A stretch of 64,000 bases of DNA. Source: Tubiluchus corallicola (taxonomy: Eukaryota; Animalia; Priapulida). Shown here piece by piece: positions 1 through 11,900 of the stretch; the first letter of the stretch is position 1, and each line of letters begins with the position of its first letter. Under the pieces are notes generated by a model. The model was not told the DNA's origin and searched no databases. It was given only the letters and a program-made list of their open reading frames with translations. The stretch is taken from positions 1-64,000 of the forward strand of contig JAQGDQ010001005.1 of NCBI GenBank assembly GCA_030141605.1. Reading direction: 5' to 3'. The position numbers and the translations under genes were made by a program.

Positions 1-452
1 TTATTTTCACAGCAATTATTAAATTAAGATTAAAGAAGATCAAAATTTAACATCCTTAAGCTTTACCACCTATCCACATTTGAGATACCAATGTCGCATT
101 TGACTTGACCACATGGTCTACATTTGACATATAAAACCTATATAATTTTAGGTTTGAATCGAATTCGAACTAAAAAAGTCGTTCGAATCGAATACTCATA
201 GTGTAAGCTTGCAAACATGAGTTGATCTAGCGTGTTTTAGTTTTACCAGTTTTCAGTTTTAATTTTTATTGGCATTCGCCACCTGCAAGCCGTCAGGCAA
301 TCAAAAATAGGAACAAATTATTCCTAATTAATACTAAACAAAGAGAACTAATTTTCAAAATTTCCTGAGGTCAGCTTAGTATTGCATAATAAGAAGTAGA
401 GAAAAACGCGGGAAAACTAATTTCTGGCTACAACTTTTTAGTTTTTCTGTTT

Positions 453-926
453 TATAGGTTTTACATGTCAAATGTAGATCTACGTTAACTCAAGTGTAGA
501 TTTAGGTAATTCAAATGTGTCTTGGTAACTCAAATGTAGACTTAGGTAGTTGAAATGTGTTAACAATGGTTTTCAACAAATCTTAAGCGTTTTTGGTAAG
601 TCAAATGTAGACACAGGTCAAGTCAAATGTCCTATGTCTACATTTGACGTACCTAAGTCACATTTGAGTTACCAAAACACATTCGAAATTCCTATGTCTA
701 CATTTGACTTGCCTAAGTCACATTTGAGTTACCAAAACTCATTCGAAATTCCTATGTCTACATTTGACTTACCTAAGTCACATTTGAGTTACCAAAACTC
801 ATTCGAAATTCCTATGTCGACATTTGACTTACCTAAGTCACATTTGAACTTTCCTATGTCTACATTTGACTTACCTAAGTCACATTTGAACATTCCTGTG
901 TCTACATTTGACGTGTAAAACCTATA
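453..926. mobile_element. Foldback-like MITE with internal ~60-bp tandem subrepeats
   Basis: TIR tataggttttacatgtcaaatgtaga / tctacatttgacgtgtaaaacctata; TCAAATGTAGA motifs on the left arm and TCTACATTTGA on the right arm; another right end at about 1-141. Confidence 0.75.
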
Positions 927-1158
927 TCCTATCGTAATTAATCATTGAAACGGATTAACAAAACGGTGAGCAGGAACGGGTCCAGGTAATTTGACGCCCT
1001 AGACAAAAGTATATTTAGCGCCCCCTCCTCAACGGTCAACCCCATTCTCCATGGTCCCAATATTCAACTTTTCTTGTACGTATAACATTGCAATAAAATA
1101 TAACAGTACCTCCCCGTTAGACTAATACATATATTACAGTGTACTAATTAAGTGTAGT

Positions 1159-1263
1159 CAGGGCCTATTTCAAGGGGGGAAGTGGCGATACTTCCCCGGG
1201 GCCTCACCCTTCAGGGGGGCCTCGCACCAAGGTAACAATTTTTGCTTTATGCGAACATACTGC

Positions 1264-1332
<69 letters not shown>

Positions 1333-1597
1333 CCGCATGCGCGCCGTTTGCCAGTATTGACAAGTATTAAGGACTGGTCTTGAGAATAAAAAGCAGTTTT
1401 TCTTTCAATTGTTCTTTCCTTTAACAACTGTATAACTCCATATTTTCTCTTCGAAAATGCTTCTCCGGCGTTCTAGCAGTTCAAAAATTTTCTGGGCGCC
1501 AACCACGGTACTGCAGCAACACCACCCCCCTCCCCACCCCGATGGGGCCTCACACGCCCCACTTCCCCGGGCCTCGTCTAGGCTGAAATAGGCCCTG
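1159..1597. mobile_element. hAT-type MITE family A containing a (CT)n microsatellite
   Basis: TIR cagggcctatttc / gaaataggccctg; homologous copies elsewhere in the window. Confidence 0.85.
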
Positions 1598-2472
1598 ACG
1601 GTAGTTAGCTATGTAATTACAACTTGTGTTGATTGAGTTTGAAATTAAATTATCACTGCTTGAATTTGAAACTGGATTGAAATATGGCTCGTCAGCTTTT
1701 TTATTACTTCCCGATCCGAATTGGTTTATCTGCCGTAATTAGACAAACGATATTGTAAGAATTTTTATTAAATGGAACGGCTATTCTGTAAGCAGTTAAG
1801 CACCAATGTAAAAATTGTTGGCAAAAACAGGGTAATGTCTGCCCGAAATGACGTAATCTTAGGACAGCAGGTAAACGAATCATACATTTTGACAGGAAAA
1901 TTACTCAACAAACTCATTTCATTTAATTAGTGTTGTGGGCTTAATGAATTACATGCTGTTACTTATACCAAACTTAAAATTTAAAGAATTACTTTCAGAA
2001 TTTGGCGTCCTAGGCAACTGTCTAGTTGTTTAGTGGTAGAGCCGTCCTGGCGGTGAATGACTGAACAAGAAATAAACTGGCTTTTTGTAAAAGAAAGAAA
2101 CGCAGTATTTGCTTATTAAGCACTGAAATAACTATAGAACTAAGTGCAGCAGTGCAATCATTTTTGATGATTTTCATTGATATTTATTGAATATTTATTA
2201 TGGTTGATATTAGTTGTACATGTTTACAGGCAGTATTTCACAGTTTACTTTTTCGAGTGGGTTTTCGAAGCCCCCCCCCCCCGGTTTTCAAGATTTTATT
2301 TAATAGTCTGTTTCCGTCTCAGCGGGCATTCCCATAAACAGCGTCTTAGAAGAATACCCACGACGCGCAGCCCATTCTTACTGACAGTTTTTACAGTACT
2401 GAGTTTTACCGCCAAAGTTACTGCTTAGCAAAAATGTTTATGAATACTGAGCATTGAGTGGTGTCATATTAT

Positions 2473-2913
2473 CAGTGGCGGATTTAGGGGGTGGGCTCAA
2501 GGGGCCTGGGCCCACGCTTTCATGGTAGCAGTTACAGCACACCAAGTGAATATTTTCTCTGGATTATAAGCTTTAGAACGTTTAGGGGTAGCTTTTAATG
2601 ACTTATACCGAGTAAAAAATTCTGCATTAATGATTTCAGTGTAAAAACGTTTGTGCACTTTAAGTGATAATTGAATTTTTATTCAAAGATGTCGCTGTGC
2701 GCAATTATATGTTACACTAGGGTGTATACTAGTTTATTGGTGGGTAATTAATAGTCAAAAGTTTGAGGTGACTTAATGAGTTTTAAACTATTGAATTTGC
2801 TGAGGAAATAGTAAGAAAAATGGTCTAAAATGCATTGGTAGCTGGGGTTCCCTAGTCCCCCTAGCTACTTTTTCGTTGGACCCACCCTTTTTTAAAGCCT
2901 GCATCCGCCGCTG
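2473..2913. mobile_element. MITE
   Basis: TIR cagtggcggat / atccgccgctg. Confidence 0.7.
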
Positions 2914-3105
2914 ATTATGCAGTAACGTTTCCTATCGTTTCTTAACGAATCGTGTCTTGTCGCATCGTACCACAGTTCCAGGTAACTTATGTCATTCATT
3001 GTATTCAAACTAACCGTGTACTGAGCTCACAAGATTATTCATCAATTTTTCATAAATCAGTAATAGACTTAACAAAGAATAACAATTGTTTGAAGTAACT
3101 TCAAA

Positions 3106-3564
3106 CCGTATTTTCCCGTGTATAAGAGACCCTTGTGTATAAGAGACCCCTTCAATTTTTAGGCAAAAATTCTGGAAAAAAGTTTTTTGGTAATGAATAA
3201 CTTTATTCATCATAGAAATCATTAAATTCCTCATCACTCTCATCAAAAATATCAACTGGAGTCAGACCTTCAGCAATTCCAGCCAGTTCATCATCAGAGG
3301 AGTCACTCTGCTCAAAAATGGCATTGTCCTCTGTGCCGTCCATGGCATTGGAGATGCCACACTTCTTGAAAGATTTAATAATGACCTCTGGCTTTACACC
3401 ATTCCATGCCTTGAGGCACTTGTAGAGCACTTATTTCTTCAAAATCATTAGTGTCACAATTTATGCATCTTATTGAAAAGACTTACTCCCATGTATAAGA
3501 GACCCCCTATTTTTAAAGTGAAAATTCTGAGCAAAAAAGGGTCTCTTATACACGGGAAAATATG
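3106..3564 (-). mobile_element. pogo-family deletion derivative retaining the transposase C-terminus
   Basis: TIR ccgtattttcccgtgtataagagaccc; ORF 3203..3430 AWNGVKPEVIIKSFKKCGISNAMDGTED plus acidic tail, typical of pogo DDE transposase ends. Confidence 0.8.
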
Positions 3565-4169
3565 TAGAATCTATGTAGAATACGTTTATTTTATTGCAGT
3601 TTTATTATACTTTGTGGTACTACTAAAAAGTTATACGGCTTCTATTATGAGTATGTATTTTTATATACCACTCTACTGTTACGAATCGAATTCAGTTAAG
3701 CAAGGTGCACATGCCATCGTGTAAACGTAATTTTATTGCAGAATCACAACATTGCTTGAACAGACAGTTTTTACAGCAGTTACTGAAAAACATTATCAGT
3801 TAACTTTTACATGGACCGATGAACGTTTTCACCTAACTTTACACAGGCCAAACATGCTATTCTGCCTAAAACTGTCTGAGTCATAATTAACAGCCGCTGT
3901 AACAGCCTAAAAGTGTCGTAAAAATCATTAGCTTTTCTCAATGAATGAAAAATCTGTCACTTATAAGTTTTCCTTTCTTACTGGAGCATTTCCGCATGCG
4001 TAAAGTAAGCTTATCTTATAACAGCTACATTATTATGCCTACCGTGTAACAGTGAAAATGTAAAAGGAAAGTATGTGAGAATCAGCTATGGCGAAATGTC
4101 GCTAAAATACATTTTTGGATTATAACTATCACTGGTTGGCCGTCTTGCCACGTTTACCTATTTTTATAA

Positions 4170-4352
4170 TGAATGAATAAATGAATGAATGAATGAATGA
4201 ATGAATGAATGAATGAATGAATGAACGAACGAACGAACGAACGAACGAACGAACGAACGAACGAACGAACGAACGAACGGACGGACGGACGGACGGCCGA
4301 ACGAACGAACGAACGAACGAACGAACAAACGAACGAACGAACGAATGAATGG
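4170..4352. repeat. Compound tetranucleotide microsatellite GAAT/GAAC/GGAC
   Basis: Direct reading. Confidence 0.95.
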
Positions 4353-4862
4353 ATTAATGAATGCGTGAAAAAACGAAGCAATGAATGAATAAATGCATGA
4401 TTGAATGAATGAGTTACGTAGCGAATGACTTTGTGACAGAATAAAGGAAAAAGGTCAAATGAGAAGATAACAAAGAGAAGGGATGAACAGAAGAAGGAGT
4501 GGCCAATGAACGCACCAAGTAACAAAAGAAAAAAAAACGAAGAAACAAAAGGATAGACGAGTGAACTAGTGGGTGCATGCGTGATTGTGTAAATGAGTGA
4601 GTGAATGGTTGAAGTAATGCATGCATAATTAAGTAAAGTCTACGTAAAACAACTGAAGTTACTTTAACTGATGCGGCAGACATGATACTTTACCCGCACG
4701 TCACGCGACATTGTAGTTAAGACGCGTTGCTGCAGTACACTTAACGTTTGACCAACAGCAACTGTGAAACTGTGAAAAGACTTATTAGTCATTATATATT
4801 AATACCTACAGTCTATATATGCTGGCATATTTATTTACTTAAACTTTTGTTTCACGTTTCAG

Positions 4863-5939
4863 GCTAACGTGGTTCTGGGTGAAAATTATGGAGCTAATAA
4901 CTTTGATCCGGGCCTGCTCACAGGAGGTGGCTATGGATTTAGAGGGCGAGGAGGTGGATATGGTCGAGGAAGGTCAAGAGGAGGGTACGGAGGAGGATAT
5001 GGAGGAGGGCATGGAGGAGTAACGGGAGCAGGAGCAATTGGAGGCAGTTATGCAGCTGGTTATGGAGGAGGTGGCGTGTCTCAAGGTTACGAATATAACT
5101 ATGGATCTGGCTATGATGATGCTGGAGGCTATGGTGGAGGTGGTTATGGTCGAGGAGAAGGACGCAGAAGGGGTGGTCACACTACCGGCTGGAAGACTGT
5201 TGGATCACACGATGGTAGCGCCTATGGACAGTTCAACAATTTGGGCTCGGCTATAGCTGGTGATGGTAAATATTACGGAGGAGCAGGACATGGAAGAAGT
5301 AGAGGAAGCATAGGTGGTTATGGTTCTGGTGCTGGTGCTGTCGCGGCGGGGGGTTATGGTGGGCGGGGTCACCATGGAGGAAGATACGGAGAAGGAGAAC
5401 ACAGAGGAAACTATATAACCCCACATCAAGGTCAAATTTATGAGAAGAATAAACAAAATACTCAGCTATCCCAGTATGGACCGGCTCGCCAAGGTCCTGG
5501 TGGTCGTTCCTCAGGCGGATCCAGACAATTCCAGCCGGCTGAAAAACCATGGCAACAGAATAATGGAGTTGCACCTTGGAGAGATGGTGGTGCTCAAAAC
5601 CCACAGAGAGATTCATTTGGTACCCCGTTCGTGGATTCCAGCCTTAACCTTCTGAGAGACGAAGACGACGAAGAAGCTGTATCAGGTTACCAACCGAGGC
5701 GACCTCTAGTGTACCCCAATAGCCAGACTGCAAACTTCATTGAGAATATTTCTACTGAATGTGATGCAAAGAAAAGGAAAATTCGCGTTTCTGTAACCAC
5801 AAGAAATGGTTTCAGTGGCTCTGTGTTCACTAGTGGATACTTCGGAAAGAGGAATTGTACGACCCAAGCTTACGGTTCTAATTTCCTAGTTTTTGAGGTT
5901 CCAATGGATGGATGTGGCACCACCGAAACGCCCCTACCG
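4863..5939 (+). CDS. ZP gene exon: Gly-rich region plus start of ZP-N
   Basis: tttcag acceptor, ccg|gtgag donor; lies within the 370-aa ORF 4869..5981. Confidence 0.9.
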
Positions 5940-8900
5940 GTGAGCAAATTATTGTCGACTCCGCATTTAATTTATCATTAAGGTACGACTCCATGCGTAC
6001 GTAATGAGTAATGCGTGATGCGTGATCCGTAATGCGTATACAACAGTTTGTATTCAAACACGTAGTAGTGTTTCCATGTGTACGCAATGCGTAATGCGTG
6101 ACGCGTGAATACGCGTCACGGAGCATTACGCAGATGGGAAACCGTCGTTGCCTAGGTAATTATAGCGAGTTTTCAAGTTTCAGGTGACCATTTCCGCTGT
6201 TTAGCTTTCTGACAGTGTTTAGGCGAGTTTTGGTCACTTTAGGACCTATAAACAATAATATTTTTATATTTCAGTTTTTGAGATGGAAGAAGCATGTAGT
6301 TATGTGTTGTGCATCTAACTGCAGTCCTTTCGCTAAATGATGATACCTGCCTTATTGTTTTCTTCCCTGCAAAATGTTCTGCACCCAAAACCTGCGCTTT
6401 CTTTTCCATCTAATAGTACAATAATAAGCCAATGCCACAGCTGTAGTTACCACGCTTAAATTTCGACGGAGACGTGGTTTCCAAAAATTATTGCTTGCAA
6501 TTTTCACGAATAACGACCAAAATGGCAGAAAGAGCTCCGTGAGCTTTGTTAATGCTCTTAGCGTTTACGCACACGTTGAAACAGTCAATACGCATCACGC
6601 GTTACGGATCACAGATCACGCGTTACGCAATGCGTGCAAATGGAATCCTATCTTAAGGGTCATTTCTTTCTCTCCTGCGCCTTTTTTCCTGTGGCTTTTT
6701 TACCTGTGACTTTTTTACCTGTGGTTTTTTACCTGTGACTTTTTTACCTGTGGCTTGAATTTCGACAGAGACGTGGTTTCCAAAAATTATTGCTAGCAAT
6801 TTTTCACGAATAGCGACCAAAAATGGCGGAAAGAGCGCCGTGAACTTCGTTAATGCTCTTAGCGTTTACATGGAAACAGTTAATAAACTTCACGCATTAC
6901 GGGTCACATATCACATATTACGCATTACATGCACACGGAGTCGTAGCTTAACACGTTAATTCCATCTTTGATAAATAAGTCCTCACGACTATCGCTGGAA
7001 TGAATTATTCGTTGACCCCAGAAGACGAAGGAAGAAATAGGCATTCAGTTAACTGCCACTAATAAGCAGGCCTAATTATTTTCCTAATTATACTTCGTTA
7101 TTGCTACTATTTTATTTGTTTATTTTTTCAGTTTTTATTAGTATAATGATAATGTATAATTATAATTACTATAATTAGTAAAGCGCAAAAACCAACAATT
7201 ATTGTCACCAGGCGGCGCTATAAAATAAGTCTACAATTAAAAATTCACAAGGCAACTAATTAAACGATATAGTAAAAACGCATTAACAATAAAATGAACA
7301 AATGCAGTTTACATACATAAAATCTTAACACACAAACAATACATAAACAATGTTGTTGGCATCCTTCTGTCTCGGAAGACAATGGAATGTGCGCCAAGAG
7401 AGTCCGATCCTTGAACGTCTCCAGGGCTCACGCCTGGGCAAGTTGTATGGAGATCCTGAGTTGCCCAGACAACAGGAACCCCCTCTCTTCCTTCCTGGTG
7501 TAGTCCAAACGAAAGCGGAGCGATACGTTTGGCACCAGGTTGCCTGCAGGAGGCTATGAAACAATAGGCTATTATAAATAAAACTAAAATTGTAATACAC
7601 GTATATAAAATCACTAGAAATTAACCCAAATTAAATCAATAAATCCATATTAAATTTCTAATTAATTAAAAAGGCTTATTTATAAAAATACAATAAGTAA
7701 GCAATTGTAAACGATATTTTAAAACAACGGCCCTTTAATCACTTTCTAGTTGGTGCATTAACACTTTGACTCACCTTGAGAGTTTGCAAAGCTCTTAACA
7801 ATGCTGCCTTATTCTGGCTGAAGAATGTTGCTGAATATTATTTAAAATAAAAATCTTCAGCTTTCGAGTCTTTATTTAATAAAAAATTTGGAAATCGTGG
7901 TTATACATGCCTGCTAATACAACTGACACGATGATTTCCAAATGTTTTTCTCGTTCTGGCCATATCATTATTTAACTTTTCTACTTTACAGCTGACTTTA
8001 CCTGTCATGCTATCTTTATTTTTGACAAAACACACGAGGTGGTCACGTGTATGTAAAATGGTGATTTTTAAAACTTTTATATTAAATTACATCAATATAA
8101 TGATTTTGGGATCCTCTGCAAGCTTCATTAGTTTAGAAGCGTGTTCAGCCGCCCAGTCAATTCTTGTTCTTCAGTTTTCTCACATTTAGCCGGAAATGAA
8201 TTACAATTATTTATTTCAGAACCAAGGAACGTATCCCTCCGGAGATGCCTACAGCTACAGGAACACTTTAGTTTTTATGGGCCATCCTTTTGGAATCCTC
8301 GACAATAAGGACCGCGCGTACATAGTGCAATGTCAGGTGAAGCCAGATACGTCCCCTACCCCCTCTGGTGGTCCAGCAACAGCTGCTACGATTGCAGAGC
8401 ACCCTGTTAGCGTGTACATGAAAGTGAGCAACGGTGTAGATCCCGAGAGCAAACCCTCAAAGGGGCTGATTGTGGGAGAGATGGCAACCCTCTCAGTGAG
8501 CCATCCCAAAAGTTGTAAGTTTTTAAATTGACTTGTTTAATTACGAGAACAGATTTTAATATTAGTTACTTTCAAACTATAAGCTGATATTGGCAACGCT
8601 CATAGTCCAGTGCAAATGTGGCAAACTTGATTTACCTGATTGTCAATTTATTTCCATTGTTCTTGCATTGTACTTCACATGCAAGTACATGTAGGCGCTC
8701 ATAGTCCAGTGCAAATGTGGCAAACTTGATTTACCTGATTGTCAATTTATTTCCATTGTTCTTGCATTGTACTTCACGTACATGTAGGCGCTCATAGTCC
8801 AGTGCAAATGTGGCAAACTGATTGTCAATTTATTTCCATTGTTCTTGCATTGTACTTCACGTACATGTAGGCCCTATTCGATCAGTTGGCCAAATACCGC

Positions 8901-11900
8901 TTTGTGGCCAGATTCTTGACCGAATGGGTTTGAATGAATGACTGTTTGCTGTTTGGGTTCATAGCAGGTCACGTAGCATGTGTGGTTTATTTTATTATTA
9001 CCAGTTAAACTTGGAAAAAATATAACAAAGACATTTGCAAAAAGATATATAACAAGATATTTGCAAAAAGATATATAACAAAGATATTTGTTTATAGAGC
9101 ATAGGCTTAATTTAGACTACCGTTGTATGGAATTTTAGGCGGGTTGGTAGCCACCATTTACCATGAGTAACTGGTGAACTTCGTAGCCTTCCGTAATCTA
9201 AACTAATTGAAATTTCTGCAGCTTACCCTAATGTCTGTGTAAAAAAATCGTAGAATTAATTATCCATTTTTTTGTATAACTTACTCTATTTTTGACAGAA
9301 ATTGACAGTGCTCTGCTTTTGTCATTGTTTTGAAAAGCAGGTATTCAAAATGGGAGCATGGCGGGTTTAAAGTAATTTTACTAATCACAAGAGCTTTTAT
9401 TATCACACTTTTATTACTAAATATTTCCAAGATATTTCGCAAACATCGAAATAATCTTAACTTCCCAGAAGGGTTGGCGTTTCCTTTAATTCAAACAAGA
9501 TACCAAACAGCAAAGGCCAAGAATTCAAAATCCAAAATCTGTCTCTAAAGAAAGGACGAAACTAACTTGGAGCAGGGATAGAGTTGGCAAGTCTTGGTAA
9601 AAATCATAGTTCATAGAATGTCATAAAATCTTTACACACACAATGACTTCATGGCGTGGGTGTGCAGGTTTATTGATTTTAGTATCATTGCAGTTGTTAT
9701 ATCGTTATCATCATTGCTGATTGCTTGCTGTTTTTTGTTCTACTGTTTCTTCTGCTCTATCTTTTCCTTGTTTGTCGTCTTTTTCCCTTTTCTACTGTAC
9801 TGTATGGTGTGTGTAGTTAGTGTTGTGTTAAGTTGGACATCAATAAAACAGGCCATCTTCAAGTTTAACTAATTTGCCTCATTATTGTCTTTCCAAAACT
9901 ACTGAGAGTTTACAAGGTACTTAATGACTGGGTCATATAGCACACGTGAATAGGTTTACTCACCGTTCTGTACATTTTTCGGAGATTTTTTTCTAAAGAC
10001 TCGTACCGCGCAAGCTTTTGTTATTATAATTATAGAGTGACTAGTGACTCGTGTGAAATTGTCACACTTCCTCAGCAGGGCGCAAGACTTTGCTTCCTCA
10101 TTTCTGCTACACAGAACTACGTCTCTAGACTGTCACTGGAGGCAGTTGCTGATTGCTTTACAGGTGCAAGATGATATTATAATTACTGTGCCAATGGCCA
10201 AGATGAACCTGAGCTTAGGTATCACCTGGTACAATTAGGCCAAACTTAGACGTCAACATTTCACTTAGAATAAATGGAATGTAATGCATTGTATGGAGCT
10301 AATATTAGAATCTGTTTAGGCCTAAAGATCTATGTCTTGATGTAGGCTTATATTGAAAGGTTACTGCAGATTCTTTGATAGTATGTCTACCAATGTTTGC
10401 AGTAATGTAGACCATCTAAGCAGGATGCTGCTTTAATCAGTTTTTCGACCGCCCAAGGAATAAGAATATTTTGGTAAGTCGATCTTTGTTCCGATTATCT
10501 AGTTACGTTCTTGAGAAATCTCAATAATTTGTAGAACATTCAAAGGGTTAAAGGCTGTTTGGATTCTTGAGTAGGACACGGCGTGTTTTAGTACTATTTT
10601 CCCCCATATTTCGTTTCTGATTCACTTTCGGGTTTATCCTGTCAGCACGTTTTTATCTCGAAGTGACCGATAGGCCTTGTTTGGAGCGAATTGTATAAAA
10701 AAACAAAAGTCTGAGGAGGTTAACTACCTCCCCCTTCTAGTTCTTCCCTCGTACAACGTTTCTTAATCAAATCTTATCCCTGAATTTTTTAACTTTTCGG
10801 AATTTCCCAAAATTCCTAATTTCTTCGGAACTAAAGGTTGATAGCTCTTTACGCGTTTTTTGTGATTCGCTCAGCCTTCAGCATTAATAGCTGTCTTGAG
10901 GCTTTGAAGTCAATGAAGTCTCTTTAATGAACTCGACTAGAAGAGTCTTTCTTCTCTCTTCAAAGGTAGATAACGGCTACACTTTTTAAGTTTTAGTCGC
11001 TAAGCGGTAGAGTATGAAGACCCGACACCGAATTGTATTTCTCTTTATTAATTAATAATTATCAACTGGTTTTGTAGCCCTTTTCTCTTTTGTTGTTAAG
11101 TAGGGCTTGACTCTAAGAGACTCTTCTCTGTTTGAGACTTTATTAAGCAAAGTTTGACTCTAAGAGACACGTCTCTGTTTGAGACTTTATTGAGTTGAAC
11201 TTGACTCTTCTCTGTTTGAGACTTTATTAAGTAGGGCTTGACTCTAAGAGACTCTTCTCTGTTTGAGACTTTATTAAGCAAAGTTTGACTCTAAGAGACA
11301 CGTCTCTGTTTGAGACTTTATTGAGTTGAACTTGACTCTTCTCTGTTTGAGACTTTATTAAGCAAAGCTTAACTCTAAGAGACTCTTCTCTGTTTGAGAC
11401 TTTATTAAGTAAAGCTTGACTCTAAGAGACTCTTCTCTGTTTGAGACTTTATTAAGTAAAGCTTGACTCTAAGAGACTCTTCTCTGTTTGAGGCTTTATT
11501 AAGTAGACCTTGACCCTAAGAGACTCTTCTCTGTTTGAGACTTTATTAAGCAAAGCTTGACTCTAAGAGACTCTTTTCTGTTTGAGACTTTATTAAGTAA
11601 AGCTTGACTCTAAGAGACTCTTTTCTGTTTGAGACTTTATTAAGTAAAGCTTGACTCTAAGAGACTCTTCTCTGTTTGAGACTTTATTAAGTAAAGCTTG
11701 ACTCTAAGAGACTCTTCTCTGTTTGAGGCGTTATTAAGCAAAGCTTGACTCTAAGAGACTCTTCTCTGTTTGAGACTTTATTAAGTAGACCTTGACCCTA
11801 AGAGACTCTTCTCTGTTTGAGACTTTATTAAGCAAAGCTTGACTCTAAGAGACTCTTTTCTGTTTGAGACTTTATTAAGCAAAGCTTGACTCTAAGAGAC

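Noticed and set aside
550-918. 122-aa repetitive ORF
   Set aside because: By-product of 60-bp subrepeats inside a foldback element; non-ATG start.
1170-1427. RE-repeat ORFs here and at 39511-39952
   Set aside because: Translation of the (CT)n tract inside MITE family A.
1835-4010. Candidate first (signal-peptide) exon of the ZP gene, with donors near 1870, 2981 and 4003
   Set aside because: None gives an ATG-initiated, hydrophobic, phase-0 leader; the exon is probably outside the window or not recognisable.
4154-4525. SFVR/SFIH repeat ORF
   Set aside because: Translation of a microsatellite.
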